Assembly: GCA_964106915.2 (NCBI GenBank)
Contig: OZ066919.1
Strand: one strand, 5' to 3'
Source of the DNA: Podarcis gaigeae
Taxonomy: Eukaryota
Length of the DNA: 64,000 nucleotides
Below, one piece after another: positions 1 through 11,039 of this stretch. Numbering within the stretch: position 1 is the stretch's first letter; each line of letters starts with the position of its first letter. The notes beneath the pieces are model-generated. The model worked only from the letters and a program-made list of their open reading frames with translations. It had not been told where the DNA came from and searched no databases. The translations under genes were made by a program, and so were the position numbers.

Positions 1-855
1 AGTCGGTAAGAATTCTAATAAAATCTTAATTATATAATCAGCACCATCTTCAAACATAAGGCTACTCCCACCTGAAAGTTCTGAAGTTTTACTCTCCCAA
101 GAGTCATTCAATCTTTGGGTGGGGCATTTTCTCCTCATCTTCACTAAAATGCTGAAAAAAGTCAGACTTGAGTAAAGCTCCATCAAGTACTTCTTTATTA
201 TCCAGCAAGGATAGTCACAACTATGTTCTATTGAACTGAATGGTCAGATTTAAATTGCTTCTCAACTTGGGAAATATCTTTCTTGTGAAAAGGAAACAAA
301 ATCTAAGTTTTAGAATCTCAAATTCTACACTATGTTTCTAGCTTGTCTTTCTGCATCCTCAAGGAGGAGTTTGAGTCTCAATTAATATCTGACCCAATTA
401 AATGCTGAGTTATCTCAGAGCAACACACAGCCCATTATACCCTGAAATTCAACAATCTATGTGTTCACATAAGGCACTAGAAACCAAAGAACCCACCCTA
501 CATATTCTCTGTTTGCAAAGGATGAGAATCTATTTCAAACATTTTATTGAGCCACACCTGAAGTTAAAACTATTACTGCCTGCAGCTAATCATGGGAGTG
601 TGAAAGAAAAAACACCCAGCTTGTCTAAACAAAACAACATAATAGAAAACATTAACCTGATCCTCCAAAGATGACAGACTTGTACATTTTATAGCTTAAC
701 ACAGGGAAATCTATGGATATATATATACAGAGTGTGGGTTGTTGTTTTTTAAATGATATAAAATCTGCCCAAATAAAGCCTAACTTTTACTGCTGTTCTC
801 ACATAAAATTATTTAATACATAATTTCTGCTGAAAAACAAAAGATTATCTGCTAT

Positions 856-994
856 CAGCACTATTTTTCTAGAAAAAGAGGTGCTGGGACTCACCATGAA
901 CACCTCCCTCATTCTCTTATAATGGCAATGATTCCCACCTGAGAGGTGCTGGAACTGAGTTCCGGCAAGTTCCAGCTAAAAAAAAAAAGCCCTG
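856..994. mobile_element. Short non-autonomous hAT-type MITE
   Basis: Termini CAGCACTATTTTT / AAAAAAAGCCCTG (imperfect TIR), internal repeated GAGGTGCTGG(G/A)ACT, degenerate 8-bp TSD tctgctat/cttgctat. Confidence 0.75.
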
Positions 995-2355
995 CTTGCT
1001 ATTACATTTTGGAAACACTTCTTAAAAACCCATCACAATTTGCTTTGTCCCCAAATGGCTGACTTGCTTCAATAAGCTAATTTGAGGTACTTTTTGTGGG
1101 GTTTGCCTTTGTTTTGTTTTGTTTTGTTACTGGTCTTGATTCTATGCCTTAACATCAGGGTGGCATGCAAAAATCTGTGAAACAACACTTTTTGTGACTT
1201 GGACATAAAGTGACACTATAAACTTTCAACTTCTTAATTTTTGTATCCCAGGCCACTGTTAAATGCTCGCTCTCTGTTCCTGTGCCTTTAACAATAAAGC
1301 TACTCAATTTAAGTTCACAGGAAAGGAAGATGGGTTGATGGCTGATCACACAATCTGAAAGCTTAGCTGACAGTCCACCTATTTCCAGATAAATAAACAT
1401 AAAAACATTAAAAAGTTTTTCCTCTCCATGAACCTGAATAGTTCTCCATGCCTTTATCAGTGTTACTCTTATTTCTACAGGTGGTTTTTTTAAGTAAAAG
1501 AAACACACACTATGTTTTTCAGGAAGAAGATTGAAAAACCAGCTGATGGGAAGTCAAAGTGAATAGACATTTTCAAGTGGGATTTGCAAATAAAGGAAGT
1601 TTTTTCAAGCAATTGTAGAACAATATATATCTACCATGAATTTTATCCTAAAGCAACGAGGGTTAAATGTTGCATAACAAGAAAAATAAACATTATGTTA
1701 GGCCTACTGTTACTTAACGTAAAAATGTGGACAAGTCAGACCAGCTGTGTAACAGTCAATGCTTTTACAGTAATAAATTTTGACAGCAGAAATAAAAAGA
1801 ATGCATTATCGAGGTATCATCAAATGGGTTCTGTCAGTACATAGGAACTCCACCCTGTATAAGCTTGTCAAAAAGTGTTACTGTAATCCATTGAGAAGTC
1901 TCCTCCTCAGGCAAGAGAGGAAAAAATGCATAAGGAGGAGGCTCAAAACAGGTGTGTTGAATTGTAATACCATTATTTAATCACAAATCTCTTCTCATTA
2001 GTTTCATATGTGACAAATTCAGGCTCTATTCTTGCCTATCATGCAATGCTAGAATCATCACTCAACAGTCAAGTTAAAAGCCAAATGTAAACAATGAAAC
2101 TGTGGACATGTCTTTTTAACACTGTACACTCCTCAAACACTTAATAAATTACTGCCATTTCTCTTGGAGCTCCCAGCTAGGTCTCCAGTAACAATATGAG
2201 ACTGAAGGAAATTATATTTCTCAATTAAAATTGGACTTCCTCTGGATAGAAACAGCCACTTTCTCTGGCTCACTTTTTTCCAAAGCTGCTACTGCTCAGG
2301 ATAACATTGCCAATTCATTATGGTAATATATTACAATTTAGTCCACAGGCATTTA

Positions 2356-2820
2356 GGGTGTAATCCTAAAGCCAGTAGGAGACCAGCTGAGGACCTCTGG
2401 ATTCAGAATCCCATTCCATCAGAGAAGGAAGGCCCACTGGTATGATGGCACTCATGCCACTAGAAGATCCCTGGTACACCCACAGAAAGGTCTGTCAGTG
2501 CAGATGTCCCACTCGTGTTTTGCTGGTGGAGGTAGTGAAACGAGGGCAGCTAAGGATCTGCAAGACCTCAAGATCTCTTGAATTCCCAACGTGCCCATAA
2601 GAAGCCCTCAACTATACCGTTCCGAGAGCTGGAATGGCTAATTGCTTCTCACTGAACACAATGGCAAGGGAGTAAATGAAGGAAAGCAGCCCACCAAAAA
2701 AGGTAGAATCCCCACCCCTACTCCCACTCAGGCTGGAGTGAGCTGGCAGGGCACTGGAAGTGCTGCTAGCTCTGTTACCTTACTCAGAAATTATGGGAAG
2801 CCACTCTTGTGGGATTGAAA
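2356..2820. mobile_element. Decayed Harbinger-like MITE
   Basis: GC-richer block bounded by gggtgtaatcc ... gggattg, a terminus type seen in other copies here. Confidence 0.4.
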
Positions 2821-4921
2821 AATACCTACCACTCCCTAAAGTACTTAAGTTATCTACATGTTTGCTAAAACTGTGCAGTGTCTCAGTTTTGTCTTATTTT
2901 TCTTCTTCTTCAGTTAGCTTCAGTGATACTAGAAGAGTTCTACCCTCTATCTACAATTACGGTAACTGAAAAACCCAGCTCCACATTATGACACCTAGCA
3001 AAGGATACTGTGTTAAATGCTATGCAAAAGTGTGTCACATTGTTATTCATGATTTGAAGACTTCTAAGCATAAAAATATATGAAAAGGGCAACGTTCCAA
3101 ATTTTCATACTGGTTCATTGACGATTCCCCCACCCCAGCTGAAACATATATTCTTTGAACATACAGAACCATTCTTTTGTGCCTCCATGTACAAAAAATA
3201 TATACATGTTGACTTAGAAAAAAATAACAGCCAAAAACCTCGGAAGAACTTTCTGTTTATCTTTTTGTGGTTTATGATGGCTTACAGTTGTTACTAGGAA
3301 AACAGTAACAGAAACCGGAATCTGTATCCTGCTTGCTATTGTCACATTTTGAAAGAAGGTTCATGTAAATGCATTAAGATCTTCACTAGAAAAAGGAGTT
3401 GCTGTTTAAACAGAAGTTGTCAGGAACAAGGCTTATAAAAAAGAGTTACATGTTAGCTAGCAAACCACGAAAAAACAATATTTTTTTTCACATGCCAACG
3501 CCTCTTGCTAAGTACATAATATATGGATTACTTCACTACCTGTTTAGCACATTATTTTATCTAGTGAATTGCATTTCCCTTAAAGACACTGAGGAATAAA
3601 GCTGGTTTTATTCCTCAAATGTTCTTACAGGTTTGAAATGAATTGCAGACACTATGTTTATGTTAAGTTGTTAACTATTTTGCCTTTCCAAAGAAAACCC
3701 TTCCACTTCTGTTTTTTTGTACTTCCAGGATATGTGAAAAGGGAGAAATGTGCATGCATTCTCCCCTGGGAAAAAAAACCACAAGAGAGATGCAGAAACA
3801 CAATACTGGAAGCATGAATTACTGGCACAATTATTTTTTGCTACTTCTCTGAAAGTGAGAAGCCATCTTATGCTTCCTGGTGTTTGAAACCAACATGTGC
3901 GTCAATAAACCAACACAGCCTATATCAGCCATGTTTGGTGGTTGACCAAAGACTCAATAATCTGCCTGTTTATATTGCCTGCCTGGGTCTGTAAGACCAT
4001 TGTGCCGGTGCTGCTGCTGACAAGCAGCTGGAAACCACAGCTGAAGACTGCATTTGGCTTGACATGTGCACAACGCTATCTTGGTAGCTGAAAGGAAAGG
4101 GAACAAGGCTATAACGATATCTCAGCCAATCCAATTTGAGCTGCCCAATCAGCAGCACATGGCACACTAGTCTCCCTGCCCCTGCCCCAATCAGTAAATA
4201 TCTAGCATTCCTATTGTACAGACAGTGGCAGTGCTAGTGCTACTCTACCTGTTCTCACTAACTGCAGGTCAGGGAAGGAGACTGATTACTCTCAGAAATA
4301 CTCCAGAGAGAGACTATAGCACCAGAGTCCCACTGCCTACAACATGGGTTTGCAAGCACCATGCTTAACATAGAAAACAGACTTTATTGAGAGAAAATCA
4401 GAGCCTGTTAGAATAAAACCAGTTTTTGAAATGGTACCCCTAGGCATCCCTAACAACCAGAAGGTAACAAAGAATGGAGCAATGGAGTAGGCCATATATA
4501 TCTTCACAAGCCATCCATTAGGCAGGTACAATTAGGCAGCAACTTAAAAACATGGCAACTATGATTTTAAAATCTGCACAACAATATAGAGTGGAATCTA
4601 GATGTTTCCCTTGTGATCACAGAAAAGCTTTTGATTCATGGGGCACCTCTGCTAAGTGATGATGAGAGAGACAATTATTGCAAATTCGCCCTTCCTCTGA
4701 AAGCTCCCTGCACTACCTTTCACTTTGGGCTGGAAGGTCTCTAAACTCTGAAGCCAATTTACAGGGGGCACTGTAGGGCTGCAGCTCCTCCTCCTTTCTT
4801 CCATTAATGGAGGCATCTGTTGGCTCAGAAGCCCTTCTGGGAGTGCAAGGGTACCTCGACCCTCTTTTGCATACTAAACAGCCCTATCATTTGAGACCTG
4901 AAACATTTCCATGAAAGTTTT

Positions 4922-4924
<3 letters not shown>

Positions 4925-4976
<52 letters not shown>
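4925..4976. repeat. (AT)n microsatellite, left flank of the PLE
   Basis: Direct read. Confidence 0.99.
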
Positions 4977-4978
<2 letters not shown>

Positions 4979-5060
4979 TTTCGTAGATTTTCACGGGTAC
5001 AGGAATGCAGGTTTTGGTGTCCTCGGGTGTCTTCCCGTGTAAAAGTTGGGGTGTCTAGGC

Positions 5061-5094
5061 GACGTTTCGACGAGGTCTCACTCGTCATCTTCAG
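5061..5094 (-). ncRNA. Minimal type I hammerhead ribozyme in the pLTR (same sense as FAF1 pre-mRNA)
   Basis: Minus strand CUGAAGA-U-GACGAG-UGAGAC-CUCGUC-GAAA-CGUC: CUGANGA box, 6-bp stem II, GAAA, GUC triplet. Confidence 0.8.
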
Positions 5095-5824
5095 GCTGGT
5101 GCTTTCGGCTTCTTGTTACTGGAACAGAGCGGGATCTCAATGTTTGAGTTCCTATAAATACTGTAGAGGGGGTGTGGTGTCTAGCCTCCAATGTTCTGGG
5201 CAGAGAGGAAGTTCCCAGGCTAGTGTGCCTTTTCTTCTTTTGTTCCTTAATTACTTGAGAGATACCTTGAGTGATTTCTTGAGTGATATCCTGAGTACCA
5301 CTTAGGTGGGTCATTAGGTGTGGATTAGTTGCTAAAGTCTTTGTGTCTTGACCTCTTGAACTTTGTGAAGAGTTTTCCTGAGAAGATGGCTGTATTGCAC
5401 TTAGTTGTGCTTTGGCTTGGCTTCGTGTATAGGGGCGAGCTGTGGTTTTGTGGCTTGTGTCAGCCAGATCTGTGTAGGGATTGCAGGGGGGTGCAGCATC
5501 CGGAGGTGCCACCATGGATTGGCTACTGGATGGTGTCAGTAATTCATCTGTGGAGAGGGTCTGGGTTTGGGTCTGGTGTGGTTGATTGGTGTTGGCGTTC
5601 TGTGTGCCTCTGGATCTGGTGTCAGTTTTTGTGGAGAGGGCTAATTTCCAGATGTCTGGCAAGCGGGATGTGTCGTCACGCTTGTTCATGTTGTGAGGGT
5701 GTTTCTCTATCTCGATGGCTTCCATGATTATTCTCTTGTGGTGATGTTCCCTCTACAGTATTTATAGGAACTCAAACATTGAGATCCCGCTCTGTTCCAG
5801 TAACAAGAAGCCGAAAGCACCAGC

Positions 5825-5858
5825 CTGAAGATGACGAGTGAGACCTCGTCGAAACGTC
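5825..5858 (+). ncRNA. Minimal type I hammerhead ribozyme in the inverted pLTR
   Basis: CTGAAGA 5825-5831, stem II GACGAG 5833-5838 / CTCGTC 5845-5850, GAAA 5851-5854, CGTC 5855-5858. Confidence 0.8.
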
Positions 5859-5912
5859 GCCTAGACACCCCAACTTTTACACGGGAAGACACCCGAGGAC
5901 ACCAAAACCTGC

Positions 5913-5933
5913 ATATATATATATATATATATA
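5913..5933. repeat. (AT)n microsatellite, right flank of the PLE
   Basis: Direct read. Confidence 0.99.
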
Positions 5934-7341
5934 ATCTCATGGTTACCTTCTGCTATAATGCAATGAAAATTCAATGATATTATGCAATAAATTTCATAAA
6001 TTTATGCAATCCTCATAACTAAAAATTCTATCAAGAATAGAATGGAATTAGAGTAGAGAGAGGAAATGGATATGGTAGATAGAAATGCAGATGACATACA
6101 TTCATATTTACATAAAATAATCAGTAAATCTTGTACTAATGAGAAACAAGACTTAAATGGCTGAAAAATGTATTTAGTGCATTATTGTCAATCAATGTCT
6201 CTACAACCAGGATAACAATAATCTTGAATGGCAACACACCTATTATTACAAATTCCTAACTAAGTACTTCATTACTCGCAAATGTCACTCCCAATTTACA
6301 GAGTAACAGATAAATGTCTCATTACTGTATACCTGTCTTGTGTCTACTTTTTTTTTGTAAAACTGAAACTGTGACAGTTCTGGAAAACTTTATACTTCCA
6401 CGTGCTCATTTAGTTTGAATGAAAGAGATCTGTACGGTAATGTATATTTTTATTATTATATACTGAAAGGTACCTTTGCTAGAGTACTAAGTATGATTGT
6501 TTTCCTATTTTTTTAATCATGGGGGTAAGGAATGAAAGAAGTGGTAAGTTTTTAGCAGAGTGAAGCCAAATTCCTAGTAAGAAAGAAATGATGAGAATAA
6601 TCTCCCCATATAATAAGCTGCTTTGAACATGTGAAAGGTCGATTAAAAACATGAGATGGACTTCTGCTACAACCAAAATATTTTGTTCTATAACATTTCC
6701 ATTATTTCTATTACATTACTGTGATGTTATATGTTTCAGCTACCAACTTTATTATTTACAATTTCCATCATATTTTTTAGCTAACCAGTGACACACTTTC
6801 TTTTTAAATCAACATTACGAAAACCAGTATGAACAGTAAATAACAGTTTTTAAATTTGCCGTTCAATACTTGTGGCTTTCCAGGTGCAATAATCCCCCCC
6901 CCCCCCATTCAGATGATTTCCTCAAGAGATAATTTCCCCCAGTACTCAAAGACAATATTTAGCCATTAAATTGCTTTTGCAAATGCTATGAAATTTCTAG
7001 GAGTCACAGGTGCCTATTGGACTATGATACTAGGATCCTTCCCTCTCTCCAATCCATTACATTTGTATTTTGTGCTATATCAGCACCTCTTACCGGTTCA
7101 TTGTTGTAGCATTTCAGTATCAAATGTTCATCTTTCCCTGTTCATCTTTCCCATTTAAAATAAAGCAAACACCTGTCAAAGCTCCCTTCCCTCTGTAACA
7201 TGTCGTGCCATATAATGAACCTTAGCTTTTATTTTATTTATTTAAAAGCTATATATTCATTTTTAGCACTGACGCTCACTTCTGCTCTGACTTCTTTTAG
7301 AACGCTACAGGTGATGGCTGCCCGACCCTGTCCATTACATG

Positions 7342-7479
7342 CAGGGGTGGAGAGCCTTTGGCCCTTCAAATGTTGCTGAACTGGAAATTCCATCAGCTCT
7401 ATCAAGCATGGCCAATGACCATGGATGATGGGGACTTTAGTTCAGCAACATCTGGAGGGCCAAAGCTTACCCACACCTG
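7342..7479. mobile_element. ~135-bp palindromic hAT-type MITE (family A)
   Basis: CAGGGGTGG...tggcccttcaaatgttgctgaact ... agttcagcaacatctggagggcca...CACCTG; self-complementary, with related copies elsewhere in the window. Confidence 0.85.
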
Positions 7480-7790
7480 TGTTAGCGCATCCTGGTATTA
7501 GCGTGCCTTGATGAAAAGGACAGTAGCCGTGTCCAGTTGTACAAGAGAGCTCATTAGGTGGAACTTCTCTTACTTGTGCAGTAAGAACCTACAAAAACTT
7601 CCTCTTTGCTCAACTATTAAAGCCAAAGGAACCTTGTTTTCCTTAGCATCCGGCCGTACAATGTGCAATTGGTGCTGAATTGGGGGCTGAACAGATCTAG
7701 TGCTTTGAATAGAATCCAATATTTTTTAATTGTCTGGAAAGGCCTTTACTCGAAATTCACCAGATGTCTGGAGTGATGTCCAGCTCTCAC

Positions 7791-7879
7791 CTCATCTTTT
7801 ATGTCTTCCTGCTGCTGAGCACCGAAGATCTCCATTGCAGCCATCAGCCTCATCATTAGCTCATCCACTGTTGTGTTAC
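7791..7879 (-). CDS. FAF1: FAF1 exon (~exon 15), 89 bp, phase 1-0: NTTVDELMMRLMAAMEIFGAQQQEDIKDE
   Basis: Acceptor ctttgttgctag|GT, donor GAG|gtgaga; within ORF 7746..7943. Confidence 0.98.
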
Positions 7880-8269
7880 CTAGCAACAAAGAAAGATAGC
7901 TGAACTTCATATTATGAAAGTTATTAAAAAACCAGAAAGTCATTCTAGAATTAATCCAAAAGGAATACCTAGCAGGGGTTTTTATAAGTCATAATAAGAA
8001 TATGAGATGAGATTCTTAGAATATTTTCTGTTTATCGGTGGGCTGCCCCCCACAAGTTTCTAATTTTTCCAATAAAATGTATGCACAAGCATAGACGAAA
8101 GTATTTATTCTGAACTGATTGATGATGCTTTCTGTTATATTTTCCTATAGGTGAAAATAGGATCACTAAACAGGAAGAGAGAGGGTTTTTTTTTTTATTT
8201 CTTTCAGGTAGCTGAAAGAAGCATCTTAAAAAAAATATTGTCAAACTGATATGTAAAATTTGGGCTAGC

Positions 8270-8880
8270 TTCAAAGAAGAATCTGAGGGCATTAGCTCAA
8301 AACACTTTCCACAATTGTATCCAAATTCTTCTAGACTTTTATATTGCATCTCAAATAGCAGTATATACGGTATATCCTGTTGTCCCTTGAAATCCTACCC
8401 TTCCTTTCGCATTAGTCCAAATATTGTTAAAATCCATTCTATGGTCCTGTCAGGTTTTCATTCCTGGGTGACAATAACAATTCTCTATTCTCCAATGCAA
8501 GGTGGGCTGACATGCGAGAAGATGGTAGCTTCACTTATTTCCATTATTTTCCAAGTGAGATTTTGCTTGCTCTCTACAGCAATACTCGCTGCATTTGGCA
8601 TTGTGAAATTTTGAATTTCAAATGTTGACCTTTCAGAAATCAGGATGTCTTTGACAACATACACACTAAATTTAAACTTGGAAAAGTAATGCCAAGAGTA
8701 GAGAAAGGAACTTTTTATGATAAAACATCAAACTGCCACAGCTTTGGTTAGATTTGGACCCTTGTTTTGCTTTCAAGACAGATTCCTTCAGTTATGGAAA
8801 TCTCAGCTTGAAATCAACAATATTTCAATGTTTTAAGAGTTCCAAATTAAGAATGTTGCAAGATACCTGAATTCAATGAC
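8270..8880 (-). mobile_element. Old L1-like ORF2 remnant
   Basis: Degenerate RT-region-like translation on the minus strand with frameshifts and stops. Confidence 0.35.
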
Positions 8881-9526
8881 TCAAAACATTGAGGCCCTGT
8901 TATAACATCTCTTCATCCCATTTAATTTTCACAATAATGCTATAGGGCAGGCTAAAATGGGACATGATAGCTTGCCCAAAGTCTTTAAAACTGAGACCCT
9001 ATATGTAGACTTACCTGGACAGAAATCCCATTGAAGACAAGGGAGCTTATATCTGAGTGGATATGCACAAGAATGCTCTAATCCTAAGAACACTTACTGG
9101 AGAGTACTTTTGTAGTAAAATCCTATGCATGTTTACTCAAATCAGCCTCAATGCTGGAAATCTGAAAGGGGATCTATTCTAACAACGAACCTGAATTCCT
9201 GTTTCTAAAGCTCTAGCTACAGAAAACTTATCATTCACAGTCTGTCAGTTGTTTTCATTTTTTTTGTATACTTGCTGGTAAGCATGAAAAATAAATGCCA
9301 TTTGTCACTATTTACACTATACTCCTCTTCATTATTAGAGATGCAAAGAGTAAGAAAATCAGTTTTGGCCGTAGTAAATGCAAATGAGTATAGTATAAAT
9401 GCACTGCACTTTACATTTCCCTAAAAGGTACTTTCTGAACTAAAGAAGATAAACTATATTCTAGAGAGGACCGCCAGCAAATTAACTTGGAAGGAACATA
9501 TGACCAATAGAACCAAAAAACAGTAC

Positions 9527-9663
9527 CTTGTATTACATTCAGCACCTCATTCGATGATCGTTTCCCCATAATAATCAGGAAAAGTGGAAACTGATCTGTT
9601 TTCTGAGTTCGAATAGTTTGAGCTACAACGCTACCAAAGTGTCTCGTGCACATCGTTAGAAAC
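9527..9663 (-). CDS. FAF1: FAF1 exon (~exon 14), 137 bp, phase 2-1: FLTMCTRHFGSVVAQTIRTQKTDQFPLFLIIMGKRSSNEVLNVIQ(G)
   Basis: Acceptor tgttttccag|G, donor CAA G|gtactg; within ORF 9411..9680. Confidence 0.98.
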
Positions 9664-9803
9664 CTGGAAAACAGAAACATTTAAAGGGGGATGGAAATTT
9701 TGTAAAACAATGTCCACTTTATTAAGGAAAAGAAAGGTTATTAGATTTGGACTAAATTAGCGAGTTTCAAAAGTCCTGCGTGTTCACTTTGTAACCATAT
9801 CAT

Positions 9804-9876
9804 TGTCAATATTCCCATTTATCCTGTCAATATTCCCATTTATCAATATTTATCAAAGCCAACATTCCCATTTATC
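9804..9876. repeat. Local tandem duplication of TGTCAATATTCCCATTTATC (2 full copies plus partial)
   Basis: Copies at 9804-9823 and 9825-9844, partial at 9864-9876. Confidence 0.9.
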
Positions 9877-10149
9877 ATATTCAGAGCTATCAAATTCCAT
9901 CCTGCAGCAAGTTGGTTCTCATACTGAAGAAAATGAACACCACATTTTAAAATAATGAATGCACGAATACAAACTATTTTTCCCCTGAACAGAAGAGAAT
10001 GGAATTAGTCACAATCCAAAGAAAGACCAAGGCCAGCCCAAGACATTTCAAGGTTTAAATAGCATGTTCTACTCTGCAATGTGATGTAGAACCAGATGCT
10101 CTGTAGTACAACAAACTCAAAGGTTGTAGTATATTTTAACAGGCCTCCT

Positions 10150-10460
10150 GATGATGAAATCTATAGTTTATTTTTCTGTTATCACAAATATATAAAACAA
10201 TTGGGGCCTCTCAAATATGCAAAGAGGAATGAGAAATTTGGTTATCCTGTTACAGCAATCCCAAGGCCAGATAAAACAAACTTTTTAGCAGGGGCAGTGT
10301 GCCTTGGCATTCACAACTAAAGTGGTTAACAGGTTAATAAATATGGGGTCTATCTACTCCAAAGGCATTGCTAAAATAAAGAGCAAATAAGAGAAAAATG
10401 GGGGAGGTGAGAGAGTGCTAAATGATATGAATAAATTCTACTCCAATAATATATTTCCAT
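10150..10460. promoter_or_regulatory. Candidate conserved non-coding element near exon 14
   Basis: Repeat-free, with octamer-like ATGCAAA; position fits my recollection of a human ultraconserved element close to this exon (unverified). Confidence 0.4.
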
Positions 10461-11039
10461 ATGCTTTAACATCTGGGGAAGAATGTCTACAATACATTCT
10501 CCTTTCATTCACAAGCATGGACTTCTGTCACACATTCATTTTCTGGTGGAATTCTCAACTTTCAGACCATTAACACTAATCATATGGCTGTTAACAGCAC
10601 TTAGAACATTTAGAGCAAGCACTTAGAATGCATACACATCACACCATTTTACTATTACCTACAATAATTGTATTGAAAGGCTTCTGGAGGTGCTGCAATG
10701 GAAGGAGGAAGAAAAGTGATGATGTGTGGGTCTAGGGAAGTTTTCCTTCCATTTTTGAGTCCTGTGCTCTGGTGTAAGACAACTGACTTACGCCACAGGT
10801 TGGGACAAAAAAAACCTCCTGTCTTTTAGTCCCACGCTCTGGCATGGCCAAGCCAAAGCGGGACATCTGGGATTGGGATCAGAAGCCTTTCATGGAGTTT
10901 AACAAAATAATCAAACAAAAATTCAAATATCCCCAAATACATATTAAGACACTAAAAACACTGCATCACAAACTTTACCAATACAGTAGCAACAACATAG
11001 CTGTTGGACTCCAGGTAATATTTAACCTCAAAGAGTAAG

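Larger units (their letters stand above)
4977..5914 (-). mobile_element. 5'-truncated Penelope-like retroelement (GIY-YIG endonuclease C-terminus plus pLTR) with an inverted second pLTR
   Basis: Minus frame ...HHKRIIMEAIEIEKHPHNMNKRDD.. is typical of the PLE GIY-YIG C-terminus. Arms 5005-5170 and 5749-5914 are reverse complements; only the 3' pLTR has a 28-nt tail (4977-5004); (TA)n on both sides. Confidence 0.9.
4330..6300 (+). mobile_element. Old RTE-like LINE remnants flanking the PLE insertion
   Basis: Degenerate RT-like segments ...AAAGCTTTTGATTCA (KAFDS) near 4625 and GCAGATGACATA (ADDI) near 6087; heavily decayed. Confidence 0.35.

Noticed and set aside
5027-5940. ORFs 5027..5305, 5329..5727 and 5728..5940 as novel duplicated genes
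   Set aside because: Antisense frames of the PLE; the shared peptide simply reflects the inverted repeat.
1-7740. Next FAF1 exon (DEREARENVK...) here, and the preceding exon in 57421-64000
   Set aside because: No matching coding sequence found by eye; these exons presumably lie outside the window.
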